Sequence record: MZ574432.2 | Direction: 5' to 3' (one strand) | DNA: 64,000 nucleotides | Shown: positions 49,575 to 60,509 of the stretch, in pieces | Position numbering within the stretch: the first letter of the stretch is position 1 | How the letters are laid out: each line of letters starts with the position of its first letter | The notes under the pieces: model-generated | Databases searched by the model: none | What the model was told of the DNA's origin: nothing | What the model saw: only the letters and a program-made list of their open reading frames with translations | Translations under genes and position numbers: made by a program

Positions 49575-50018
49575 GTGACCGATCCTCAGAACCGCGACTT
49601 CACCTGCTGCTATCTGCTGATGCGCACCGACCTGAAGTCGCTGTGCGCCGGCAAGGCGATGGCCCAGGCTCACCACGCCGCCCTCCAGATGGAGCAGGAC
49701 GCCCAGTCCTGGACCAAGGAGCAGCAGGAGGTCTTCGCCCGCTATCGCACCGAGGCCAAGGGCTTTGGCACGACGATCGTCCTGGCGGTCTCCGAGCAGG
49801 AGATGCGCGGGGCGCTGATCCGCGCCCGTGACCTGGGCTACAATCACGCCGTGGTCAACGATCCCTCCTACCCCTTGATGGACGGCGGGTTCCTGCATCA
49901 CATCCCGCTCGACACCTGCGCCTACGTCTTTGGCGAGAAGCGCTTTGTCGAGAACGCGGTGATCAAGCTGGACCTCCTGCGCCGGGCCAGTCTGTGGCAG
50001 CCGGCCGTCAAGGCGTGA
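49575..50018 (+). CDS. Pth2-like peptidyl-tRNA hydrolase (divergent)
   Basis: YLLMRTDL...GKAMAQAHHA, TTIVL, V.DPSYP, TCAYVFG; lacks canonical DAGRT. Confidence 0.65.
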   Translation: MTDPQNRDFTCCYLLMRTDLKSLCAGKAMAQAHHAALQMEQDAQSWTKEQQEVFARYRTEAKGFGTTIVLAVSEQEMRGALIRARDLGYNHAVVNDPSYPLMDGGFLHHIPLDTCAYVFGEKRFVENAVIKLDLLRRASLWQPAVKA

Positions 50019-50473
50019 TCCTTCGTGTCCGAGCGTAAGTTCAACGCCCACCAGCTTCGCATCCTCCTGTCCAACAAGGGCTTTGGCTTTCATGATATCG
50101 CCAAGCTGATCAAGGGGCAGAAGCTGCGCGACGCCCTGGACGCCGGTGAGGACCTGGACGCGGTCAAGGCCGTGGTCCACGCCCTGATCACCGGGCTCTA
50201 TAGCGATCACGAGTACCTACGCAATCCGCCGCACAACTACACCGGCCCGCTGAAGAAGAACGTCAAGGTCATCCTGGAGCAGTTCCCTGGGCCAAACCGC
50301 TATGCCCGTATCGTAGCGGTCCACGAGGCGGAAAGCCCTGGCGGCGAGCGCGTCATCGACCTACGCATCTACGAGGGACCCGACAAGGGCGAAGTCATCT
50401 TCATGGGCGAGAACGAGTTCCGCTCCCTGGCCCAGTCGCTCGAAGACCACATCCCGTTCGAATAGGAGCCATC

Positions 50474-50761
50474 ATGGCCACGAAGTTCAAGGTCTCGCTT
50501 AGCGACGTCATGCAGGCGCTCGACCTCAATAAGCTCAACATCGTCGGCGCCGGCTATTCGACCTCCGACCTGGACGTCATGCCGGCCGACCTGGACACCG
50601 ACAACGGCTTGGCCGACGAGATCATCTTCCTGGTGGAGGACGAGCGTCTCCCCGACGGCGAGACCGTCGAACTGGACCTGAAGTTCCACTCTGGCGGCGG
50701 CGTCACCCTGCTGCGGGTCGGCGATCTCGACGTCCAGGACGAAGAAGGCGGCTGGGACTGA
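50474..50761 (+). CDS. small highly acidic protein
   Basis: GGAG RBS; about 22 D/E vs 6 K/R in 95 aa (hand count). Confidence 0.75.
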   Translation: MATKFKVSLSDVMQALDLNKLNIVGAGYSTSDLDVMPADLDTDNGLADEIIFLVEDERLPDGETVELDLKFHSGGGVTLLRVGDLDVQDEEGGWD

Positions 50762-50772
50762 CGTCAAGCCTC

Positions 50773-50789
50773 TTGACACGGTGACACGG
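50773..50789 (+). promoter_or_regulatory. promoter, second class (TTGACACGGTGACACGG)
   Basis: Tandem TGACACGG; matches 11723-11735. Confidence 0.55.
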
Positions 50790-50822
50790 TTCGCGTCATG
50801 TGCGGTGAACACGGAGTTAACC

Positions 50823-53800
50823 ATGTCGCCGACGCCTGATCCCCGCCAGCAGGACGACCTCTTCACCCACCGCCTCGCTTGGCGCGCCGCCCTGGTCGAC
50901 TGCCTAGAGCGCGGGAAGAACGATGAGGCGAGCCGGTCCTACTGGAAGCACGAACTGAAGGTGTTCGACCACGTCTTCCACAACCTGGAAGTAAATCGTA
51001 GTCCACACCTCCAGATTGGCCAGCAGGTGCGCATCCGCCTCGACGAAGATGCGCCTTGGACCAGCGACTGGCAGAACCAGACCTACTGGATCGTCGGCGT
51101 CCGCTACTGGGCCGAGCCGTACGGGCCGCCCAAGCTTTCCTACGACCTTTCCGAGGTCTGGCCGCCCAAGCAGGGCTCCATCACCACCGAATTCGACGAT
51201 CAATACGTGAGGGAAGCATGACCTACGTCCGCCAAATCGAGGTCAAGACCATCGTTCGCGTCGAGGTCGACGAGACCAAGTTCACGCCGGAGTTCATGGA
51301 GGAATACTCCAAATACTTCAACTTCCGCGATACGGTCGAGGAGCATCAGGAGTATCTGGGGCGCATCTTCGCCGCCGGCATCATCGACGGCTTCCAGGAG
51401 GAGTTCGTCGAAGGCTACGGCAAGCTCAAGGACATGGGCATCCGGCTCAGCCTGTTGCAGGAAACCGCCGAGGTTCTCCACGAGCAAGACGAGGTCTATG
51501 ATGACCGCCGCGACTGATTTGGATAACCTCTGCCTGGAGGTGCCGGTCGCCCCTGGCGTCACCGACGAGCAGCTACGGGCCGCGATCGCCGAGGCCAAGA
51601 AGGCGTGGTATCCCAAGTCCAACGAGCGCGCCATGCACGACTTCAGCCTGCCGGCGATCGTGCGCGGCTTCATCGCCCTTCACCAGGGGCCGGCAACCGA
51701 GGTCCTGGCGATCGAGGAAGCTGGCTTCATGCCCAAGCTCTATGCCAAGCATGAGGGCCGCGCCTGCGAGATCACCCTGGTCTCGGCCATGGGTGACATC
51801 GGCGTCGACTACCTCACGCCCGTCGCGGGCGCCGCGTCATATGCACGAGGGATTTCGGTCTATGACCTGACGGACTTCTCGCTCGAAGGTCCGGTCCGCG
51901 AGGCGCGCCAAGCGCCGATGCGCAAGCTGACCCGACGCGAGAAGGCCAAGATGTTCGGTAAGGGGCGCGCGCGGCCATGAGCTTCATTCACATGGTCTTC
52001 TTCGATCAGGAGGAGACGATCTTCGACGGCAAGATGAGCCACTTCGAGGACGCCTTCGGGGGCGTCGGCGGAGACTTCTACGCGGCGTGGCAGTTTGCCG
52101 CCGGTCAAGGCTGGGGCACGCTGGCCTATCACACCGCCACGGTCGAAGAGGTGATGCCCGAGGCCAAGACCGAGGACATGGTCCGACTGTGTCGCGCCAT
52201 GTGGTCCAACGCGCCGTCGCGCTGCTGGCGTGCGATGTTCACCTCCTGGTCGTTCATGCCGCCCGTGCCGTTCTATCCGGTTCCCAAGCAGTCGCGCCAT
52301 CCCCGCGCCAACTGGCTGATCGACATCCTGCGGGCGACAGAGCCTGACCTGCTGATCGACCGCAACGACCCGCTCGACCCCGGCTCCTATGACCGCAAGA
52401 TCGTCTTGCACGGGGAGTTCGACCCCGAGCGGCTGCTGGCCGTGCTCGACGCCTTTGAGTACGGGGACCGCGACTATCTCCTCCAGACCATGAAGCCTCT
52501 GCCATGACCGGGAAGCTTTCCATCACCAAGGCACCGGCCAGTCCGCCACCGGACCAGAAGGCCCGCGAAGCCAAGCTCCATGTCCACGTCTTCAACGATG
52601 ATGGTCTGGTCTTCAGCGGTACGCTGAAGGACTATGTCGAGAAGCGCTGCGCCGACTACTACTATCCCCTCTTTCCTAAGCTTGGGCTGGTGGTCGCCGA
52701 CGCTATCGAGCGCTTTTCCGATATTCTGGTGACCGAAGGGCCGCTCACACGCAGCCAGCTTAACAGCGCCAGAAAGCAGGTCGAAGACAGCGGCGACGAA
52801 TGTTGGCGCGTGGCGTGCCTGAGCCCCTTCACGATCGAAGAGGTCGACATCGACGAAGACGATTGGGATCGCAAGCTGGCCCGACACAAGCCGGCCAAGA
52901 CCCGTGCGGACCTGGACGAAGAAGAAGACGAGGACGACGTGGATTTTGAGGATGACGAGGAACAGACCAAGCCGCTGTGGCTGTCGGCGCTGATCCTGGT
53001 CAGTGAGGTCATTATGGCCGCGCTCACCGTCTGGCTCCTGGTCAATTGGGGCGCCGTGTCGGCTGTCGTCTGGCCCTGGGCTGTGGGTCTTTGGCACGTC
53101 CTCGGCTGGGGTCTTTGGATCGCCGGCGGGTTTGCGGGTATGGCCCTTCTCATGTGGCTTTTCACGACCGAGGATGGCCATTCCGTCCTTGGTGCGATCA
53201 TGCTCCTAGCCTTCATCGGGTGGGTGCTCTGGGCCGCGTCCATGGGTCTCTACACCTACGGCCAGGACATTCTGGCCAAGGAACACAAGGCAGCCGCCCA
53301 TGCTTCTGCGCCACGTTAATCCAGGCCTCAAACCCGGCGATCTTGTCATCCAGTTGAACTGGACAGACGAGCCGGGCGCGTGGAAGGATTTCACACCGCT
53401 CAACCCCGCGATCTCCTCGACCTACCAACTGGCCGAGTTGATGCAGGAATGGCGGGAAACCAAGATGCGCTATCCCAGCCTGAAACACGATGTGAACCTG
53501 CGCATCGCAACCTATGAGCCGAGGCGATGATCAACGACACGCCCACCCAGCAACAGCGCGTTCGGGACGCTTTCATGGCCGCCCGCGCCGCTGAAGCCCA
53601 GATCAACAACCTGGACTTCTCCAACATGGCGATCGACGCTCAAGAGCGCATCGTCGCCAGCCTGGAGACCGCCGTGTCCAAGCATCGTGACGCGATCGAG
53701 CGTGACCGGCGCGACGCCGTTGTTTCGGCCGCGATCGACGGGAGGCTTTGATGGGCTGGGCAGACTGCGGCACCGACAGCAAGGATCGGCCGATCGGCTA

Positions 53801-54497
53801 CGCCCATGCAGCGACGTGCGATCACGCCGGCTGCGCGGCGGAAATTCACCGAGGCTTGGCCTATGCCTGTGGCGACATGCACGGCACGTCGGTCGGCTGC
53901 GAGGGCTATTTCTGCGCCGACCACCTCGTCTACGCCTGGGACCCCGGCGAAGGTCGGGGCGTCCAGGTCTGCGAGACCTGTGAATCGGTGCTCAAGGACA
54001 CCATGACCCAGGAGTTCATGGACCTGCTGGTCTCGGCGGTGCGAGAGCCTTCGCCCGCGCCTCAGTTCCATCCGATCAATGAGCAGCGGATCGACGTCTA
54101 CCTGCATGGGCACCGCGCTGGCGCCCTCCAGGGCACATCCAGCGGTCGCTGGGAGTATGTCGACGAGGGGTTCCGCATGTCGGCCGGGCACAGCGCCGGC
54201 GAAGCCTTGGCGATCTGCACCAAGCACTTCGTCCAGCCGCCTCTGGGCCGCTCCGAGCTTCGCCAGGAGATCATGCGTCTGATGATCCGCTGGGATCACG
54301 AGGACCTGCATCATCTGCCAGTGAACACTGGCCTGCTGAGCGACGAGGAAGAAAAGGCGGTGGCCAAGGCCAAGCTGCGCCACGAGACCTACTCGATCAA
54401 GATCGAGCCCAATGTCGAGGTCATTGAGCGCCTTCAGGCCATGACCCGCGATCGCAACAGCAAGGTGGTATTCGGTGAAGCTCTCTCTCGCTCCTGA
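50823..54497 (+). other. run of hypothetical CDSs (50823-51221, 51218-51517, 51498-51980, 51977-52507, 52504-53319 membrane protein with acidic tract, 53300-53530, 53527-53751, 53748-54497 Cys/His-rich)
   Basis: Contiguous overlapping ORFs. Confidence 0.7.
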
Positions 54498-55193
54498 AGA
54501 ACTGGCGCGCCTCTCGCCGGCCGCCCGCAAAATCTACACGGCCCTGCACGCCGGCGCCAAGCTCACCATCACGATCGACAACGACGCGTGGTGGTTGAAC
54601 GAGGACCTGGGCCAGAAGGACGAAGACGGCTATCCGATCGAGGAACTGCTGCTCAAGGGCGGTGGGCCTTACGGGGCTGACGTGCTCGACTATCTGGCCG
54701 AAATCCTGGGCATCGAGACCGAGAGCGTCTGATGCAGGTGGAACTTACCCAAGAGGAAATGGCGTCCTGGCCGCCACAGGCGTTCGAGACCCTGTCTCAG
54801 TTGAGGCACGGCTGCAAGATCGAGTTCGGTCCGGGCTGGATCACCTTCAAAGTCGTCGACAAGGAGCCGGCCGATGATGAACGTCGCTGATTTCCGCGAT
54901 CCTCGTGACCCCGAGGGTCGCTCCTATCGTCAGGTGAACGCCGCTCTCGTCCACGGCCTGCCTCTGGGCGCTTTGGTCGAAGTCAACGACACCGGCGCGC
55001 GGCTCTTTGTGGGGCTGCACACCCGAGACTGCGATCAGACGCCCCTCTATTCGCTCGCACCTGAGCCGGCGCCGATTGAGTTCGATAGTGACTCTTTCGC
55101 CTGGAACATGTGGCGTATGAAATTCGTCAATGGCTTTTCCGAGCCCAGCCTGACGCTGATCAATTCTAATCCCCTCATCAAGGAAGACTGACC

Positions 55194-55568
55194 TTGGGCA
55201 TGAACTCTATCGCCTATGGCGGCATCGGGCTGGTCGTCGATCTCGACGCCCATGATCTGGACGAAGACCTGCGCTACGAACTGGATCACCGCCTGAGCCA
55301 CTCCGACCGTGATGGTCTCGCCTGCCGTCGGGTCGGCGCTTTTGCTGCCGACGCCGGCGAGCACGTCTACCTGCTCTATGTCGGGACCAACTCGGACATG
55401 GACTACCCGCCGGCGCGCAAGGCCAAACCCGTCCCCGACCTCGCAGACGCCCGTACCAAGGTCGAGGCCTATCTGCGTTCGATCGAGGGCGTCACCGAAG
55501 AGATCGCGCAGGCCCTCTTCGTCGAAGAGAACTTCGGCTTTCACGTCCAGCTTTACATGGACAACTAG
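55194..55568 (+). CDS. hypothetical protein, probable paralog of the next gene
   Basis: IAYGGIGLVVDL...FGFH. Confidence 0.7.
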   Translation: MGMNSIAYGGIGLVVDLDAHDLDEDLRYELDHRLSHSDRDGLACRRVGAFAADAGEHVYLLYVGTNSDMDYPPARKAKPVPDLADARTKVEAYLRSIEGVTEEIAQALFVEENFGFHVQLYMDN

Positions 55569-55570
55569 CC

Positions 55571-56014
55571 ATGGCGGTCGACTACTCGCCGATCGCTGGC
55601 ATCGGCATCCTGCTGGACCTGGGCCGACTGAAGACCCCAGGCGCGGACGAGCACTCGTGCGCGCACCCCGAGCGCCTGGGCCAGAAGTTCTGCCCCACGT
55701 GCGGCGCGCAGGTGTGGAGCCGGGCGGGCACGAACAGCGAAAGGGTCTTCGACGTCACCATCGAGCTTGAGTCCATGGCCCTACCCGAGCACATGGTTCT
55801 GGGCTTCTACGACTACGACAAGGACATCTGGTTCCTGGGTTTCGGGGTTAGGTTCGATCGGAACGAGGCCTTTGGCCCGTTGCCCCTCCCGAACCTGAAG
55901 GCGCTCGACGACAGTCTCCAAGCGATCCTGGCGCGCCTGACCATGCTCGATGATCCCAGCGTGATCGTCGTACCAGACTCGTTTGGCTTCCACGCCGCCA
56001 TGCCGGGCTGGTGA
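55571..56014 (+). CDS. hypothetical protein with CPTC insert, probable paralog of the previous gene
   Basis: PIAGIGILLDL...FGFH. Confidence 0.7.
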   Translation: MAVDYSPIAGIGILLDLGRLKTPGADEHSCAHPERLGQKFCPTCGAQVWSRAGTNSERVFDVTIELESMALPEHMVLGFYDYDKDIWFLGFGVRFDRNEAFGPLPLPNLKALDDSLQAILARLTMLDDPSVIVVPDSFGFHAAMPGW

Positions 56015-56294
56015 TCATGTGCGGCTGTGTCAATGTCGAGATGGGCTCCTACGCCAATCAGGAAGCGCGTGTCGCGCCGGGCGGCGGGCTGGTCGGCATC
56101 GACCGCTGCCTGCTCGATGAGGTCGAGATGCTCTGGCGTCTGGGGATCGTCACAGTAGAAAGCTGCTGCGGGCACAACGTCGCCGCGCCTTATATCGCCG
56201 TCGCCCAGGGCCATGAGCCGCTCATGCGCGCTCTAGGCTATCAGCTTGATCCCCGCCTGGAGGATCGCCCCGAAATCTTCGTGCCCAAGTCCCT

Positions 56295-56579
56295 ATGACC
56301 AAACCCCGCCTCCAGACGCGCAACCTTCTCCTGGCTTTGAAGGAGCAGCTTCCGCTCGCCCGGTTGTGGCGCGTCTTCTTCGTGACGCGCAACGGCTGGG
56401 GCCTCTTCCACGTCAACAGCCATGTCAACCAGGGATCAGGCAAGCCCAAGGTGGCCTACAACACCAAGGCCACCGCCGAGAAGTCCGCCCAGGCGATGGC
56501 CAAGAAGCACGGCGGGGTGTTTCGGCCCTATAAATGCGCCTTCTGCGATGGGTACCACATTGGCAAGAACCGCGCCTGA
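56295..56579 (+). CDS. small zinc-finger-like protein
   Basis: KVAYNTKATA...YKCAFCDGYH. Confidence 0.7.
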   Translation: MTKPRLQTRNLLLALKEQLPLARLWRVFFVTRNGWGLFHVNSHVNQGSGKPKVAYNTKATAEKSAQAMAKKHGGVFRPYKCAFCDGYHIGKNRA

Positions 56580-57221
56580 CGAGATCGGCAAAGAGATCGG
56601 CGAAGATTGGTCGATAAACCCTATCAAGCCACTGATCTGGCTGGAGAATTCCCTTCCGTATGATCGGCAAATAACCGCCACTGAGTTCGCGGAACTCTAT
56701 CTCTGCTCCCCCTGGATCGACAATGACCCCTCCTGACCAACACCGCAACCGAGCCCGCGTGATCGCCCTGGGCGGCCTGGAGCCCTGGGAACGGACCGCC
56801 ACGCCGACCTATGCGGTGATGCACAAGGAAGACACCGGCCGCGTGGTGGTGACCGAGACCACCAAGGCGCCGCGCCAGCGGACCAACGAGTTCGATTTCA
56901 TCGCCGATCTGGACCGGCGCTATGCGCCTCGGTTCTTCCTGGTCGACGCCAGCCTTCCCAAACATTTCCTGGACGCCTTCCGATCCGAACTGGGCCATCG
57001 CGGCATCCCGATGCGGACCATCGCTCAGAGCCATCCGGGACATGAGCGTCTTGACTTGATCCATCACCTCTTCCGCTTGGAGCGCCTAGACGTCAGCAGG
57101 GCGGTTGATCTCGCCCACCCTCATGCGGCCGACGCCGTATCCCTGGGCTTCATCCACCTCAACGCCCCGCCCCCGGTCGTCTACCACTTCGCGCCGGACC
57201 GATCGGGCCGTCTCGGCCGAT

Positions 57222-57240
57222 GGTGAGAATCCGGTTGACA
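57222..57240 (+). promoter_or_regulatory. promoter element (variant)
   Basis: GGTGAGAATCCGGTTGACA containing the upstream TGA stop. Confidence 0.65.
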
Positions 57241-57620
57241 ACCTAAGATCATGCGCCTATATGCCGCACCAAGTCATCAATCTTGGCACGGAGGCATGGA
57301 TCATGGTACGTCATCTTTGGTGCTCGATGTTCCACTGGCTCCGCTGGGAACTGCTCGACGCGCCCGACAAGGACAATCGCCGCTGGCGATGCACGGAATG
57401 TGGCGAGCACCACCATGTTGAGAACTAGGCCTCACTCGAAGCTGGCCGATGTCCTTCTTCGCGAGATCGTGCTAAAGCGCGGCCGGCGTTGGGAGCTACT
57501 GACGCCGACCGAGAAGCTGATGGGCCATGCCCTGCGCCGCCGCAAGCTGGTGCGCTTCTTCGAAGCCGCCGACGGCCGCTGGATCGAAGCCACTCTGGAC
57601 GGCGTCCTGGCGGCCTCCTG

Positions 57621-57833
57621 ATGCCCTGGGACATGAAGGCCCAGCACCGCAAGCGAAGCTGCGAGGGCAAGGTCCGCTACGCCACCGAAGCCCTGGCGCG
57701 CGCCGGCGCCCAGGACATGCTCAAGCGAACCGGTCGCCGGCGCGGCGGCGTCTATCCGTGCGAGTTCTGCGGCCTATGGCACGTGTCCAGCGAGGGCAAG
57801 GGTCGCTACGTCGTTGTGCAAGAAAACTGTTGA
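57621..57833 (+). CDS. small zinc-finger-like protein, related to 56295-56579
   Basis: KVRYATEALA...YPCEFCGLWH; ends VQENC* inside promoter element. Confidence 0.7.
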   Translation: MPWDMKAQHRKRSCEGKVRYATEALARAGAQDMLKRTGRRRGGVYPCEFCGLWHVSSEGKGRYVVVQENC

Positions 57834-57835
57834 CA
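57817..57835 (+). promoter_or_regulatory. conserved promoter element
   Basis: TGCAAGAAAACTGTTGACA. Confidence 0.85.
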
Positions 57836-57895
57836 AGATCGTCAGGCGGGCCGATATAGAGGGCCTCGACGACGACAACGAAAGGCCCGCCGCAC

Positions 57896-60034
57896 ATGCT
57901 GGAGACCAGCCCTCTTTGGGAAGCCATCGCTCTCTGGGAAGAGATCACCGGCGTGGCCGTGCCCGGCGAGGACAATCGCTTCAAAGGCTCGTGGGGCAAC
58001 TACGAGGTCCACAAGACCTACGAGGAACTGCGCGACACCCTGGAGCTTGATCCCTCCGAGGTCACGACGAACCTGATGTTCAACATCTTCGTCAAGGAGT
58101 GGCTGGGCAAGCAGAAGTTCGACCTGCTGTCGCTGACCAATGATCCTCAGGCCTACCTCGACAAGACCGTCAAGCCGCGCAAGCTGCTCGACATCCTCAA
58201 TCGCGCGGAAATCATCGAGGCGCGTGACGAGTTCCTGGAAACGTTGCAAGCCACAGCCGTCAAGTACGGCGCCGACCAGCGCGAAGACCTCCAGAAGACC
58301 CTGGGCCAGCACGATCTGGTCGCGATCCTGCGCCGCGATGCGCTGAAGGCGGCCAACCGCCTGCGCATCCACCAGTTCACCGCCGGCGACTCCGAAGCGG
58401 CCGACTACAAGCCCGTCTACGTCAAGACCGTCCACCAGTGGTGGAACATCAACTCGCTGCTCGATGCGGCGATGAAGATGCCGTCGGGCGTGTCGCTGAA
58501 CCTGATCAAGGACCCGGACGTCTACCAGTCCTTCTACTGCTTCTGCATCCGCAATGGCGGCAACCTCTTCATCCTGACCGACGCGCCCGAGCACGCTCAC
58601 CCGCTGCACGGCCTGTTCACCCGCCGGCCCGAGCGCGCCTACGAGCAGCGCGTCTATCAGGCGTGGTTCCCCTATGATCTCCTGGGCCTGGAGTGGGACG
58701 AGGAGGCCGAGCAATACTACCAGACGGCCTCGGAAGTCACGGCCCTGACCGCCTATCAGAACCAGCAACTGCCGCTGAAGCCGTTCAATGAACTGCCGCC
58801 GGCCGAGTTCCTGTGGTGCTCGATGATGCTCGACCTGATCGTCGAGAAGTTCTGGCGCCAGAACTATCAGGCCAAGGCCCTGTCCTACACCGGCGAGATG
58901 CTGGTGATCGAAAACCGCCTGGAGACGGCCGCAAGTTCGGCTAACCTGCCCGTCGTCAACTACGAGCGCCTGAACCTGCCGGCCTTGTCCCTGACGGACA
59001 TGCGCTCGGACGTCCTGGGCGCCGAGGCGATCGGCAAGGGCTACCACCAGCCCAACAAGTGGCTGGAGGACCGCTTCATGGACAAGGTCCCCGAGTCGGT
59101 CCTGAACCTCGTGGCCAACGCCGATCGCATGCTACTGCTCGACCGCAAGACGGGCGAGGTGGAGACCCAATCGCGCGAGTTCGCCAAGCAGTTCAAGGCG
59201 ATCCCGAAGATTTTCGATCGTGACCGCGATCAGATGCTGGCCGGCCGGGCGCAGTTGGAGGTGCTCAACCCCACGCGCTTTGGCACCCGCGAGGAACTGG
59301 ACAACGACCGCAAGTTCATCGCCCGCTACAACTTCGCCAGCGAAATCCAGCGTCTGGCCAAGGAGGAGTTCGAGGCCCGTAAGGACGAGATCAAGTCCTG
59401 GTGGAAGACGAGCCTGCGCAAGAACCTGCCCAACCTCCTGGCCTATGCCGGCTGCAAGGTCCTCTGGGCCGAAGCCGACATGAAGGGTTCCAACGACAGC
59501 TTCGACATGATCCGCAACGGTGGCGGGCGCGGCATGCACCTGGACACCCACGCTGCGGCGTCCCTGGGCGCCGACAAGACCGGCCGCATCCGCAAGGTGC
59601 TGCACACCTTCGCCGATCGCCATGACATCCAGGCCTTCAGCTACGAGACCGCCGGCTTCTCGTCGACCAATCTCGGCGGCTACGAGCAGCGCCGTGGCTA
59701 CCTCTGCGCAGTCAATGACACCAAGGCCAGCTACATGCAGACCTTCCATCCGGCCAATGCCGAGGAACTGGCGCTGCTGGCCGGCATCGGTATCGAGGAC
59801 CTGCCGGACGTGCTCCAGCACTGGACCCTGGCCGATCCCTACGACGGCAACCACATCCTCTCGCGCATTGATCCGCTGAACTGGCGGGTGAGCAATCCCT
59901 GGCTGAAGCTGAACTTCCAGGTGGTGCTGCCGCTCTCGATGCGCGCCGAGGCCAAGCTGGTCGCCCGCAAGCCGCCCCTGACCTACCTCTGGCCCGACGA
60001 CAAGATCAGCGAGCACGGCCGCCCCTTCCTCTAA
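57896..60034 (+). CDS. large hypothetical protein, 712 aa
   Basis: Longest plus-strand ORF; host-like codons; directly behind a promoter element; no motif recognised. Confidence 0.85.
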   Translation: MLETSPLWEAIALWEEITGVAVPGEDNRFKGSWGNYEVHKTYEELRDTLELDPSEVTTNLMFNIFVKEWLGKQKFDLLSLTNDPQAYLDKTVKPRKLLDILNRAEIIEARDEFLETLQATAVKYGADQREDLQKTLGQHDLVAILRRDALKAANRLRIHQFTAGDSEAADYKPVYVKTVHQWWNINSLLDAAMKMPSGVSLNLIKDPDVYQSFYCFCIRNGGNLFILTDAPEHAHPLHGLFTRRPERAYEQRVYQAWFPYDLLGLEWDEEAEQYYQTASEVTALTAYQNQQLPLKPFNELPPAEFLWCSMMLDLIVEKFWRQNYQAKALSYTGEMLVIENRLETAASSANLPVVNYERLNLPALSLTDMRSDVLGAEAIGKGYHQPNKWLEDRFMDKVPESVLNLVANADRMLLLDRKTGEVETQSREFAKQFKAIPKIFDRDRDQMLAGRAQLEVLNPTRFGTREELDNDRKFIARYNFASEIQRLAKEEFEARKDEIKSWWKTSLRKNLPNLLAYAGCKVLWAEADMKGSNDSFDMIRNGGGRGMHLDTHAAASLGADKTGRIRKVLHTFADRHDIQAFSYETAGFSSTNLGGYEQRRGYLCAVNDTKASYMQTFHPANAEELALLAGIGIEDLPDVLQHWTLADPYDGNHILSRIDPLNWRVSNPWLKLNFQVVLPLSMRAEAKLVARKPPLTYLWPDDKISEHGRPFL

Positions 60035-60043
60035 GGACTTTCG

Positions 60044-60487
60044 ATGCAAGACGAACTTCGCCTCTACGCCATCACCAGCCTCGAAGCCATCCAAGCCATG
60101 GGTGGCAATCGAGGCAAGCTTGGAGCCCAGGCCGGCCACGCATACCTGCATGCGTGGTTCGACGCCTATGAGCGCTTCCCCAAGGTCGCCAAGGCCTACG
60201 CCAAGTCGGGGGCGGCCGTTAAGGTTACCCTGGTCGTGCCGACCACCGACGAGCTTGTCGGCCTTGCCCGCCTCTTCGAGGCCGAGTGCGGCGACGTCCT
60301 GGTGGTGCCCACGACCGAGGACCTGCGCCTCCTGGAGCCGGTCTTCGAGGCCGAGTGCGGCGTCACCCTGGTCACCGACGCTGGCCGCACGGTGGTCAAG
60401 CCCGGCACCACCACCTTCCTGGGCGTGGGGCCAATCACCAAGGAGCGCTTCGCCGAACTGGCGCCGGGTATTGTTCCGCTCTGCTGA
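60044..60487 (+). CDS. peptidyl-tRNA hydrolase, Pth2 type, with internal duplication
   Basis: GKLGAQAGHA, KVTL, VTDAGRT, PGTTTFLGVGP. Confidence 0.85.
   Translation: MQDELRLYAITSLEAIQAMGGNRGKLGAQAGHAYLHAWFDAYERFPKVAKAYAKSGAAVKVTLVVPTTDELVGLARLFEAECGDVLVVPTTEDLRLLEPVFEAECGVTLVTDAGRTVVKPGTTTFLGVGPITKERFAELAPGIVPLC
60230..60367 (+). repeat. imperfect 69-bp in-frame tandem duplication
   Basis: LVVPTTDELVGLARLFEAECGDV / LVVPTTEDLRLLEPVFEAECGVT; TCTTCGAGGCCGAGTGCGGCG identical in both units. Confidence 0.85.
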
Positions 60488-60490
60488 CCG

Positions 60491-60509
60491 TGCAAGAAAA
60501 CTGTTGACA
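60491..60509 (+). promoter_or_regulatory. conserved promoter element
   Basis: TGCAAGAAAACTGTTGACA, 18-nt spacer, TAGAAG. Confidence 0.85.
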
